Assembly (NCBI GenBank): GCA_003990765.1
Contig: RBNJ01000112.1
Span: 1-41,204, forward strand
Direction of reading: 5' to 3'
Length of the DNA stretch: 41,204 nt
DNA from: Jimgerdemannia flammicorona
Taxonomy: Eukaryota
Positions 11,874 through 23,862 of this stretch are shown one piece after another. A program made the translations under genes and the position numbers. The notes below the pieces were generated by a model. It did not search any database. It saw only the letters and a list, made by a program, of their open reading frames with translations, and was not told the DNA's origin. Position 1 is the first letter of the stretch. Every line of letters begins with the position of its first letter.

Positions 11874-12374
11874 ATGAATTAGAGAATTAACAACTGCCTT
11901 CAGACTCTTATCCTCAGCTCATTTCAATCACTGCCAGTTCCTCTACTCTAATTTTGAGAAGTCAATGGGAATACTCTTCAGAAAATTCAGATTTATCAAG
12001 AGAATCTTGTTCTGGCCAGATAGTTATTACAGGTCCATCAACTTCAGACCCATTATACAATTAGAGAACAATTGTAGAACCTTTTAGCTCTAGAACAAAT
12101 ATATATTAGAAATATTATAGGACTATTAAGAAGAGATATCACTACTGCAGACAGACTCTATACCCTTTATAAATGAAACTCTGTAGCTCTGGTACAAATA
12201 TAATTCTCCTAGTGTGATATATGAGGAATGAATCTAACCACCTATCTGAGCATTATTAATGCTGTTGAAATCCTATTCCCAGAAGAAGAATGGAGTAACT
12301 ATGATACAGATGATAAAGATAATGAAACAGGTATTGATGCAGAAGATATTTATTCATACTGGGATGATGACTAA
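11874..12374 (+). pseudogene. Extra ~166-codon ORF downstream of the G1 integrase, unknown function
   Basis: The ATG overlaps the end of IN. One frame reads without frameshift to ...EEEWSNYDTDD...YSYWDDD*. Internal stops are compatible with CAG/CAA/CGA/TGG decay. Confidence 0.6.
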
Positions 12375-12414
12375 AGGATAGTCTGAGGATAGATCATTCT
12401 TTAATGGGAGCTGA

Positions 12415-13224
12415 TATGATAAACCTAAATTATAACTTAGTCAGATGATGTGAACATATAGTATAGTAATCAGATACAGCAACCATTACTGTAAAAAACT
12501 ATATAAATAGCCAGACTACCAAGTAAGATATATCTATACCAAACCTACACACCTATGCTAAACCAGCACATTTATGCTAAACCAGCACACCTGTGCTGAA
12601 CCAGTACACCTGCTATAGATAGCAATCTATAATTAGTAATATAGTAATCAGATAGTAACCATAATATATAAAATACTTTAGAGATAAGAGTAAATAAACC
12701 TCAGTCCAAATTGAAGTACAAATCAAAGAAGCTTCTAAAGATTGAGCATTGGTCCTCTTATTTCCACTCTGGTCTATTTTCCAATATAAAGCCTTGGTTC
12801 ACTTATTAGATAAGTCTGAAAATTTGCTGCTAAGTTCAAAAAAGAACTTCACTGTCTTTTGAAGAGAAATCTACTGCTTAAGGAATAAGCCACTATATCT
12901 TAGTTTACTTACCAGATAAGCCTGAAGAGAAACCTGCATTTCCAGAAAGCCCTTAAAGAACCTTACCACAAATCAGTCTCTTGATGCAACTTTACAGTAA
13001 ACTTATTCATGCAAATAAAACCAGTCTTTGATGTAACTTATCAAGAATCCATAACATCTGAGTTATCTGAGATATTTGAATTATCTATATTATCTGAGTT
13101 ATATATCTATCTATTCTCAGTAAACCCAACTTAGGAGAATCCACCACCAGTATTATTCCTAGTAAGCCAATTCAGAAAGATCTATACCAAATTGAGTTAT
13201 CTACCAGATTGTCAGAACATCATA
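12415..13224 (+). mobile_element. 3' LTR of G1 (~810 bp), preceded by a decayed polypurine tract
   Basis: AATGGGAG at ~12403-12410; terminal inverted TATGAT...ATCATA (decayed TG..CA); TATAAA at ~12504; internal 19-bp x3 repeat at ~12548-12610. Confidence 0.6.
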
Positions 13225-13239
13225 CACAAGGAGACTGCT

Positions 13240-13395
13240 GTACTATACAAGATCATCATATCAGAAATTACATACTTTTGAAGATTGCTATACTATACAA
13301 AGATTGTTATACTAGAAATTACATACTTTTGAAAATCATCATGCTATATAAGAGATTGTCATATAGAAATTACATACTTTTGGAGGTCATCACCT
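13240..13395. repeat. 51-bp tandem repeat x3
   Basis: AGAAATTACATACTTTTG occurs at 13263, 13314 and 13365. Confidence 0.85.
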
Positions 13396-13719
13396 AAGAA
13401 GAAAAACTGCTAAATTATTAGTGATACATAAATCACTGCTATACTCAGAGAACTCTTCCTAATAAGGAAATTGCTCACAGATATCCAGTTTTGACTATTA
13501 TATCACTAAATACCAGGAATATTTTATTGCTTTTAACAAAGTAACTGGGGGCTCAAGTCAAACTACATCAATCCTTAACCTTGTAATTTGCCTCTATTGA
13601 GCTAGACATATTATAGTATGTATTTACATTTATATTTATAAATATACTTATGAATATTTTTCTCTCATATTCTTATATTTATATATAAGTAAATCATATA
13701 ATAAGTTTTATTTATTTAC

Positions 13720-14061
13720 AGAATTCAAATCAGATGATTCAAATTTAGTAATTTGAATTCAGTAATTTGAATTCAGTGATTTGAATTTGGTAATTTGAAT
13801 CTAATGATTCAAATCTGATAATTTGAATTCAGTGATTCAAATTCAGTAATTTGAATTCAGTAATTTGAATTCAGTAATTTGAATTATCAGTTTGGAGTTT
13901 TGGATCAGAGCAGTTACAATTTAAACTGATTCAAATTAATCATATGATGAATTTAAACTAATTCTGATCAGTTTGAATTGATCATGTGATTAATTCAAAT
14001 CAGTTCAAATCTGAAATAGTTATAATTCAAAATAGTTCAAACTAACTTATTCAGAGTACTA
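13720..14061. repeat. 14-bp tandem array (TTTGAATTCAGTAA) decaying into TTCAAA/TTTGAA motifs; possible DNA-transposon terminus
   Basis: About 12 units at 13720-13890, scattered motifs to ~14045, then a sharp end at ...GAGTACTA (14061). Confidence 0.75.
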
Positions 14062-14479
14062 TCCATTGTCATGGCTGGAGGTTTGAATCTCTCAAAAATA
14101 GTATTTCTTATAATCTAAGACAATTTCTAGTAATAATATCTATCATATAGATGAACTTGAGATTGGTTTCAACATTGTTAGCTTTCTTGAGTTCCATATA
14201 AAGCATCTATCATTCTCTAACAGAGATGATATAGATAATATAAAGAGTTATTCAAATGCATTTTGCTAAATCTTACTGAGCTAGTTCAGAGTAATTCTTC
14301 ATCTGAATATTCTCTTATTGGTTAATTATAGTATTCCTTTCCTTATAATGTTTGATATTATATATTCTAGATAAATATGTATTATCTTCTTTATTTACTA
14401 TGTACTCTAGGTTTAGAGCTGTAGTTCTTTCCTCTGCTATAAAGTAAGTATTTCCATATAATCCTAGAGAGCTTTATGT

Positions 14480-14625
14480 ATATTCTCCAGTATTTTTTTC
14501 TTTTTTCCAGATAGTATTATAAGTAGAGTAACTCTTCTACTTAATAAAAAAAAACTGCTTAACCATTTTGGTATATTTGCAGACCTTGTGATCAAGTACT
14601 TTCTCAATTTTGAATTCCTCATAAT
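14480..14625 (-). pseudogene. Chromodomain at the G2 integrase C-terminus
   Basis: EEFKIEKVLDHK...FFIK*KSYSTYNTIW, matching E.E.I...R...Y.VKWKGY.....TWE. Confidence 0.8.
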
Positions 14626-17600
14626 TATTGATCCTAATTGGGGATAGTGGTGGAACTGTATACTTAGAGAATGAGTTCATATAGTAGTTTACCAGTTGAC
14701 TAATATAGAATACTGTGAATATTATTAGGGAGTTGTAACTTATAGTTGACTTTGCTGACTTTTTCTACAATCTTGTATGGTTCAATTCTTCTAGTACAGA
14801 GTTTTTTAAATGGTTGCTATATCAGAATATCTGAATGAAGATAGTCTATTCTAAGCATAACCATGTCACCAATATTGTAGAAAACTTCCCTTCACTTCAA
14901 GTTAGCATACTTGGTCTAGTAGTCCTGTGCTTCTATAAAAGTATCTCTTATCATTCACATAAGGTCAGAAATAGTCTCAGCCAGATCTTGGGCTGCTGGG
15001 ACTACTGATTTTACTGTAGTACTTGGGGTCCTTGAGTATTGACTATAGTTCAGGAAGAATAGAGTTTTCTTCATAGAGGTTTTCTAGTTATTATTGTAGA
15101 CAAACTCAGCATAGACCAGATACTTGTCTCAATCATTTTGCTTGTAACAGCAGAAAATGCTAAGCATCTGCTTGAGGGTTCTATTGATTTACTCAGTCTG
15201 ACCATCAGTCTAGAGATGATAGACAGTAGAGAACTTTAGCTTGGTTTCATAGTGAGAGAAGAATGCCTTCTGAAAGTTACTGGTAAACTTTGCATCTCAG
15301 TCCAATATAATGGTACTAGGTATGCTATATAGCCTAAATACCTAATTGAGAAAGATCTTGACAATCTCTGGTACTGTGGCAGTAGTCTTAATAGATGCAA
15401 AATAGACTTATTTGCTTAGATAGTCTACAAATACTACAATGGCATCCCATTCTGCTTTGGTTTTAGGGAGCTGGACAATAAAGTTCATAGCAATCTAATT
15501 CCAGTTGTAGCTAAAGATAGGTAGGGGTTGCAGAAGTCCTGCTGATAACTTATTGCTGCTTTTGAATCTTTGATATATCTTACATGAGACTATAAAATCT
15601 TTGATATTCTTGGTTATCTTTGGCCAGTAGAACTCTCTTAAGAGAAGATTGTAGATTTTCTTGAAATCAAAATGTCCTACTGTAGGAGTGTCATAGAGTT
15701 CCTGTATGATCTTGAGCTGTAGAGCATTATTGTTAAGTATAACTACTCTATCATAGTTCCTATAGATAAGCCCATCATGGTAAGTAAATCTTTTGGATAT
15801 TTGTCTTATGGATTCTGGGACCTCAGCCTCTGGGTCTTGACAGAATTGAAGGAATTTCATCAAGGGGCTATTCTGTTAATAGCTATACTTAATTATTTGA
15901 ATAAGGTCTCCAATTACCTCAACTATGAAGACATGTTCATCTTCTATATATCTAGGGAAACCATCAGCTATGTAGTTGGTTTTGTCTGAGATATACTTAA
16001 TTTTTATATCAAAGTTAGTAATAATTTCCATCTAGCAGACTTGTCTGTAGGTCAGCATGAGTTGTGTATGAATATACCATAGAGTATAGTGATCAATATA
16101 GGCTACAAATAGTTGTTCTAAGAGGAAATGTCACTATTTCTGGAGTACAGTGATAATGACCAGGAGTTTCTTCTCATAGGTAGTATACTAGATCTTAGCT
16201 AGCTTGAGCTTTTGGGAAAGGTAGGCTACTGGATAATCTTTTTAGCTGAATACTGCCCCAATGATAATATTAGAGATATCTGTAATCAGAGTAAATAACC
16301 TAGTAGGGTCAGGTGCAATTAGTACTAGGGCCTTAGTAAGGAGTCTCTTGAGATAGTCCATAGTCTAAGTATACTCAGGGGTCCATTCAGTCTTGATGTT
16401 CACTCCTTTGTAGACCAGACTGGTCAGTGGGGCTATAATAGCAGATATTCTTGAATAAACCTTCAGTAGTAATCTATAATATCCAAGAAGCACTGGAGTA
16501 GCTTGAGAGTAGTGAGAACAAGAATATCCTTAAGAGTTGATATCTTTTGGAGATCTATATTGATATATATCTTCAGTAGAGATAATATATCCTAGGTACT
16601 CAATCTGATCTTGATAGAACTTACACTTGCTCATCTTGGCATAGAGCTGGTATTCTTGCAGAAGAGTCAGTATCTGCCTGAGGTGGATGTAGTTTAGCTC
16701 TACTGTTTCATTATAGATTAGTATATCATCAATATATATAAGGATGCAAATATTAAGTAGTGGTCTAAAGATATTATTCATCAGATACTAGAATGTTGCT
16801 AGTCTATTGGTCAAATCAAAAGGCATGACTTGGAACTGGTAGAGTCTAAACTATATTCAGAAAGCTATCTTTTCAACATCCTTTCCATCAATGAGGATCT
16901 GGTGATAATAATTTTACAAGTCTAGTAGGGAAAAGATCTTGATCTTGAAGATTTGGTACAGTAACTTATCAATCCTAGGTAAAACATATTGGTTCTTGAT
17001 GATAATCTTGTTGAGGGCTCTATAGTCAATATATATTCATAGAGAGCCATCCTTCTTTTTGATAAATAAAATGAGAGCTCTAATGGAGAGCAGCTGGGTT
17101 CAGTATATCCTTGGGCCAGTAGTTAGATCAACTCATTCTTGAGGATCTTGAGTTTGAGTTGGGCCAGCTAATAGATACTCTTATATAGAGGTTTAGATCC
17201 TAGAATAAGATCAATTCTATATTGGATTTGTCACTTAAGTGGAAGTCCTTTGGATTTCTGGAATACATCTTGGAATTTCTCAAATAATTCTTGAGCTTCT
17301 GGTGAGATTGGACTACTCAGGGCTTTAGTGACTTCTTGTATAGTATAGATGAAGTATGTGTTTCCCTTTTTATGAGAGAGTCTCTTCATTTGAATAGTAG
17401 AGATGATTTTGATTTCTTGATAATTGGTATCTTCTTGAGGTGACAGAGTGATCTTTCTGTCTTTATGAGTCAGATTAACCTTATTGGTCCTCTAGTTGAT
17501 ATCTGGGTTTTACTAAGTCAATCAGGCTTTTTCTAAGATAATATCTTATTCTAGGAGGTCTATGATACTGAAGTCTAACTTTTCTTGATATTTTTCAATC

Positions 17601-18114
17601 TTGAGCAATAGATCTTTGCAGATCTTGGTCAAAGGTATAGTCTTACTATCATTAAAGATAATACTTCTTTTCTCAGTAGCTGGTCTGCTTTGGGCTCCAA
17701 TCCTCTTAACAGTCTGGTGCTGATGTAGTTTCCAATAGCACTACTGTCTAGTAAGACATTGACATTCTGTCTGTAAACTTGGCCTGAGAACTTGATGCAA
17801 CTGTCCTTCTTCTTAATAGTATTGAGCTCTTTGTCCTTATTTTTCTAATTGCTATCAGTCTTCTCAAAGTCAGTCTCTTCCTATCTTTCACAAGGAGAGT
17901 GGTCTTGTTTAGATTCCTCAGTCTATTGGGCTTGATATTTCTTAGATTGGATTTTGAAACCTTTAGAGAGGTATATATAATATTCATCAATATGTTCTAT
18001 ACAGTACATTTAGATAGAATGAGAATATCATCTATATAGTATATAACCATCTGCAATTCTCTTGTACCAGTTTTCATTTTCCTTCATAGTAGTAACCTTT
18101 TGACTAGGGAGTTT

Positions 18115-18183
18115 GTTGATTGATCCAAACCCTTTCTTACCATGGTCTGTCTGAGAGAGCTTAGATACTTCTTTGATGGGGAG
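18115..18183 (-). pseudogene. C-terminal remnant of a dUTPase (motif V) upstream of the G2 protease
   Basis: LPIKEVSKLSQTDHGKKGFGS. The following linker (NKLPSQ..ENWYKRIADGY..YSHSI.MY) resembles that of G3 (NKTPAQ..DQFYKKIEDRF..YPHSVGMY). Confidence 0.75.
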
Positions 18184-19191
18184 TGTAAGTATACAACCTC
18201 TAAGCTATTAAATTATATATCACCCTCAGAACAAATTCAGAAATCATATGTAAGATCATGAAGCTGAGTTAAACCAAAGTTACAGAGCACAAAGCTAAGT
18301 CAACTCAAAGTTACAGAATATAAGATTACATAAACAGAACCTTACCAATTAGGACCAAATGTATATATACTAAGTACTCAGACATATCAAAATAGAACTA
18401 TAATAAATTAAACAAATAACTATAACTCTTAAATATATATACAAATATAACCACTGAGATCTACAACTGCATCTATGCTGATATTTGGAATGCTATTGTC
18501 AACTAAGCCACATCTCTCTTATCCCTTATAAATATCCATAGTCTGGTATCTCTTTACTTTGTAGAAGCTCAATAGAATACTCTGAATATACTCAGTAAAG
18601 TCTACTGAATTAGACAAATCTCAAGCTACTACCAGATTGGCTGTCTTCTGGAAGATATAGTTGAACACCACTATGATACAGATATTATCTAGATATCTCA
18701 ACACCAGAAACTCATTATCTGTAAATACTGAGAACTCTTTTATGAGTATAGCACCTTTATTTTCCTCCTCTAAGTTACTACTGCTGAAATGGTTGCCATC
18801 CTGTCCTATGGCCAAATTTATAATATGATATAAGAACTCAACTATAAGTATATTGAGTATATTTAAACAATGGACAGAACTTTTCTATACCCTGATGACC
18901 ACATTCTACAAATGCCCCAAGTTGGATATACTATGAAGAATGCCTATAATATAATCCAGTTTAATAATGATAAAGCAGAGGATAATAATCCCTCTGACAT
19001 CAATATGACCTCTAGCCAAGAATCTCTACCAGCTCTGATCACCCCACCAACCTTACTGATGAACTTACAATAGTTCATAACTACCTATAAGACCTATTGA
19101 GATAATGACTACTGGTATGAGTACCAACCTGTATTCATATCTGACTACTTCAACTATAATAAAGAGACTAGAGAATATAATATATATCTCC

Positions 19192-20384
19192 TTTTTTTTT
19201 TTTTTTTGTTTAACAGACTCTATGTCCCATGGAATTTTATTGGAAGGGAACCTAGACTGTATAGGCCAAAACCCTCCCCCACCACCCACCAAGCACTGCC
19301 CCCCCATTAACCTAGGCTAGCTATGGTCTAGCAGCTTGACCATGCCAGGCGCAGCAGAGCTAATAAGCCCACACCTCATTCTGTGTACCATGCTCTCCCT
19401 ACCACCAGGGGAAACCCAGCCATACACCAACGACCAAAAGTGCATGCCCAAGAACCCAACATATGTACAAGACCATGCCTGAGCCAAATAGAATAGCCCC
19501 TGCCACCCCAAAGAGAATGACAGGCAAAGAAAAAACCCTCATCAAAGCACAACATGGTGGGTAGGGCCTGGTTCTCCCAGTCGAGGTGAGTAAAGGACTT
19601 ATACATAAGGCAGGAGGAAACCCCCAATACCCCACTACTCAAGTCTGCGGGCCTCGATCACGTTGCCATGTCAGCTCCTGGTTCCAGTTGAGTACAGCCA
19701 AGACGCCTGAAATGGGTAGCCTCAGGCCCCCTGACCCCCCCTGATGACTGGGGCCTCACCCCACTACCTGCCAAAAGAAGCCGAGAGTGATACCTACCAT
19801 CTAACCGTGCCGCACCAATCAAAAGGCCCCACCGAAGCAGCACCTGCCCCAGCCCCAATGACCGCCCCCAGCCTGGCATCCTACTGGTCCACCATTATTG
19901 CCCTTCCTCCTATCTGTGATGGCCATCTCCCCTCCCAACCCGACAACACCCGAAAAGCAGTCACCTACGCCAGAACCATGCTCACCAGGAAGCTCGCCAA
20001 AGCCAGAGGGCCCCACCACAGGCACCGAAGACCTGCAGGTAACCTACACTGGGCACTTGATGCCCAAGGTTGGCCGACTCCCTACGTAGCCCAAGATATA
20101 CCGAGACAATACCTAGTTAGCAATGGCAAAAGGAAGAAGGTGCCGCACCAAAACGGGTATACCCCAGATGCAGCTGAAGGCACCAGAATCCATGAAAAAG
20201 TGGAGGAAGCACCAATCTGACACCAATAAAGGGGCAACTCATCACCATTGCCCTCCTCCCACCATGCCCCTGCAGGCACAGCAAACCAACCTGAGGTAGA
20301 GGGGGTAATATTAGGGGAAAGGGGACTCAGAAGGTCACCTACCAAACCTTGTGACTGGTAAGGTAGCGGAGAAAGGAGCTGATA
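19192..20384 (-). mobile_element. 5'-truncated non-LTR retrotransposon (LINE 3' end) with poly(A) tail and 15-bp target-site duplication
   Basis: Poly-T at 19192-19207; TSD ATAATATATATCTCC (19177-19191) / ATAATATATATGTCC (20385-20399); G-rich minus strand like the other LINEs. Confidence 0.85.
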
Positions 20385-20941
20385 ATAATATATATGTCCA
20401 GACAATCCTTGAGATTGAACTGACAACTCTATCTCCTGAGTGTGAATGAAATAAGTAATAGCTATCAGCATATTATAACTCTACAACTTATAGTACCATA
20501 ATCTATAGAAGATATGCAGATAGTGAATCCAATGAAAGTGAAGATGATGTACTCCTCCTTCACCCACCAACTCTATACTCAGTATATGAGACAGATGATA
20601 CTATCCTGTGAGATAGTGACATAATCCTAATATATTATTATCTGAGCAAACAGAGAGAAGTAATCCAAGAACCACTCTTTCTAGATAACTACTTCATCAG
20701 AGATAATATCATCAATAGTAATATTATTGAAGACTATCTAGACAGCATCTAAATTTATAGATAGCTTAACAGTTATTAGTATAGTTAAATTAGTCTTATA
20801 TAATATAACTATATACTGACTCAGCAGTCAGATGATCTCTTGATATATCAGTTCACACTTATACTATATAACTGCATTCTGACTCAGCAAAGCACTAAGT
20901 ACTATATCCATATTTAGCCTAGTCCAGATAGTCTCTTATTA

Positions 20942-21076
20942 GTATAAATACCCCCTCTTCTAGACCTCAGAATAATAGGTTTAAGCAGATCTAATACAAA
21001 AACTTCTGAACACTTCCTTACAATATCCCTTTACACAATTACTCCTAGTATAGTAATATTATGAATAGCAAATAAA
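20942..21076 (+). promoter_or_regulatory. Putative LTR core promoter (TATAAATA) and downstream AATAAA poly(A) signal
   Basis: GTATAAATACCCC at ~20942 (also in copy 4 at ~32755-32767 on the minus strand) and AATAAA at 21071-21076. Confidence 0.55.
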
Positions 21077-23450
21077 CCTATATAATAACCCACAAACCAC
21101 TCTTAAGTAAATCTATACCCCATTAGATCTCACTCCTAACTATATTATGAAATTTTCTAATTGAGTATTATCTGTAGTGATATGCCAATTCAACTAAGCT
21201 GGTCTTAGTTTCTTGAACTTCCTGAAATATGGAAAATTATAAATATTCAGAATAAGTGCAAAAAAGGACTTTGGTTGAGACATCAACCTGATCTTAAATC
21301 AATAAGTATAGAGAATATACTCTATATAAAATTGATTTTGACTAAAAGAAAACAGTCTTCTAGAATATTCAGAACTTTCAGAAAACCCTTTCAGAACTAT
21401 GTAATAATACTTTAATTATTAACTCTCTTACAACTTAATAGTAGTGGTTTACAATCTAATTCTGCTTTAAGATACTTCCTTATACTACTACAAACCTCTA
21501 TAAGAATTCATACAAGTTGGTATAAAGCCCTATCTCTGAACTGGAATTCATTCCAAACTATCTGACAATCTGGAGAGAATTGAACCTGACAATTTGACTT
21601 CTATACCTGTAATAAGTAGAACAGACTTTATCTATAAAAAGAAGTACTCTAATTAAATCAGCAAATAGATAAACCTCTATATATCAAAACTTCTTACTCT
21701 ATATCCTATAAGTCAAGATGAAGAAGATCTTATAGAAGTCTTCTTTACTCTTCTCAACAAGAGTTTTATTAGCTCTACAAATCTGAGTAACCTAGGACAA
21801 CCAGCAACTGACTTTTTAGCCTTAGTTCCTCATGAAGCCCAAGCCTCTATAGTCAAGTGGCTCAACTTTACCAACTATTACTATACCAGGACCAAGATGG
21901 TCTTATACTACTGCTTCCAGAATTGCAAGGCCTGCCATATTCTTAAAAAAGAAGTCAGAGAAATTCTTTGTCAATAACCTAACTCTGAATCAGAAGTAGG
22001 TCCAGCTATAGCTCTATCTGAAACTAAAACCAATACTGAACCAGATCAAATCTTGATTTAAGCCTATCTGAAATCTGATATATAACTAATACTATCTACT
22101 TTGATACTAAACAAACCCAACTATACAGAGATCAAAGTGAAGAGGAGGAGGAGTATCTTAGTAAATTCAATTCCGGATATACTACCAAAGGAGATATATC
22201 TCCATCAGAACAAAATACATCTATATAGCAATAGATAGTTATCTATTAAGCTCTTATACCAGACCCACAACAGTTACTCTAACAACTTATACAGACTCAA
22301 AGAACACCATCACACTCTGTACTAGTACCTCAAGTCATATCAGTAACACTCTTACCAGTAGTTTAACTGCCTTCAGTAAACAATATAGTAAACTAATAGA
22401 TTCTAGACCTTACAGCCCAAGTAACTATAATGGTAGCAACCATTACTACCTTAGCTGAACAGATCTAATCAACAAAAAATCTGAGTCTACCTACCTTCAA
22501 TATTACTATACAGGAAGTTCGAAAGCTTCATCAGTATAGTTGATATCAATTTTAAAGTCAACCAATAGACTAATAAATAAGTTGCTGACCACTTTCTGAC
22601 AAAAAATTAAGACCATACTCTGGAATAACTCTTTGCTACTACTATGGCCTTTATCTGTCAAGTTGTTACATTCTTCCAAAGATCTGCTAAAGAATAGTGA
22701 TGAACTCTTTCTGAAAAACCTCTTATATAGAATACCTGATCTGTAGTTATTATCCAAAATACAACAAATAATACCCCTAGATATAGAAATCATCCTGTGG
22801 CCTCTGGACTCAAATAACTTATAATTGCTCAATATTGCAGTGAAACTCTGATTGCTGAATCCTGAGCTAAACTCTGTAACCTCAAATTTGATATATATAG
22901 TAAGGAGAAATTCAAAACCTTCTATACAAAACTCAAGTTACTCCTGAACACTATTGGCCTAGGATATATTACTAATGATAAAACATGAAATAGTATAAAA
23001 GCAGACTATTTATTCAATATACTATCTGAATGACTTATAAGAAAAATCTGAGAACAAGGATATTCAGTTGGTTGTGATCACCAACAATGATGTCTGGTAA
23101 GAATCAAGATTATGGTCAAGTGAATCCTGACAGCTAGACCAATTCTGCCTCAAAGGCAATTCAATAATAAGGAAAAAACTTAGATTAAAAAAGAAGAACC
23201 CAAGCATGAAACATTCTGAGCTCCCTCTATATTCACCTCTTAGACACTCTGAAATCCTGAACCTATCCAGCCAAATATCTTCAAGAAACTCACTGAAGGA
23301 GAAAGAAATGAACTTTGAAGAAGTGGAATATGCTTCTATTGCTGAAAGACAGGACATATGGCCAGTGTCTATCCTAACCAAAAACCATGAACAGCAATAT
23401 GAGCAACTGTTACCACTCTGCACTACCTCAATAATCTGACTACCAAGATA

Positions 23451-23862
23451 TTGGACTTTATCAAGCTAAGGCAAACTGCTAAGGCCCCAACTAAAGAAAG
23501 TCCAAAAGCAGTTGAATATGACCTATATATAGCTGAAGAAGCTATAGTTTTCAACCAAGAAGTCAAGCAAGTCTATATAGAAATCAGCATTCAAATTCTG
23601 GAAGGACATATTGAAAGAATATATCATCACAGTAGCCTAGCATTAAAAGGACTCTTAGTAAAAGGAGGAATCATTGATGAAAATTATATAGATGAAATCA
23701 TCATCCTTATCTGAAACCATAGTTGGATACCCTTTAAGATCCCTATTGGTTTTTGCATTGCTCAGATTCTATTTGAGAAAATTAAATTAACTCTGATAGT
23801 CAAGAAAGTCCCAGAACTACTGCCTACTATCTGAGGATCCAGAGGATTTGGCTCATCAAACA
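23451..23862 (+). pseudogene. dUTPase domain of G3, between the gag zinc knuckle and the protease
   Basis: KAPTKESPKAVEYDL (I), HSSLA (II), GGIIDENYIDEI (III), CIAQIL (IV), I*GSRGFGSS (V). Confidence 0.9.

Larger units (their letters stand above)
7615..13224 (+). mobile_element. Ty3/Gypsy element G1: PR-dUTPase-RT-RH-IN-extra ORF-3'LTR (5' part displaced by a LINE)
   Basis: Protease (AVCII...AVVTEAVTYDIILSINWM, ~7615-7930), RT (PWASP, VDYRKLN, DLFAGFH, YID[D>N], ~9560-10200), RNase H (YTDTS, TDH.AL, ~10430-10800), integrase (~10830-11890). Confidence 0.93.
14062..18183 (-). mobile_element. Ty3/Gypsy chromovirus G2: (dUTPase)-PR-RT-RH-IN-chromodomain; 5' part cut off at LTR copy 2
   Basis: Protease LLDSSAIGNYIS (~17720-17765), RT YIDDILIY (~16730), RNase H, integrase zinc region (LYDTPTVGHF...FYWP...CKIYQ), GQTE, and a chromodomain. 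Confidence 0.93.
18184..21406 (+). mobile_element. Long-LTR family, copy 2: complete 5' LTR of G3, interrupted by a LINE fragment
   Basis: TGTAAG at 18184 through ...GAACTATGTAA(C>T)A at 21406; matches copy 4 end to end; contains the embedded ORF at 18447-20752. Confidence 0.9.

Noticed and set aside
14067-14100. TGTCATGG as an LTR end for G2
   Set aside because: No matching PPT, second copy or opposite terminus was found.
18174-18183. GATGGGGAG as a polypurine tract before LTR copy 2
   Set aside because: It is the antisense of G2 coding sequence (LPIKEV), differs from the true PPT at 34348, and gag follows this LTR.
19744-20220. 158-aa plus-strand ORF in the LINE fragment
   Set aside because: It is antisense to the poly(A)-defined orientation, has no recognisable domain, and is likely compositional.
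21407-21450. Primer-binding site of G3
   Set aside because: No convincing TGG/tRNA complement or self-priming complement could be identified in the mutated sequence.
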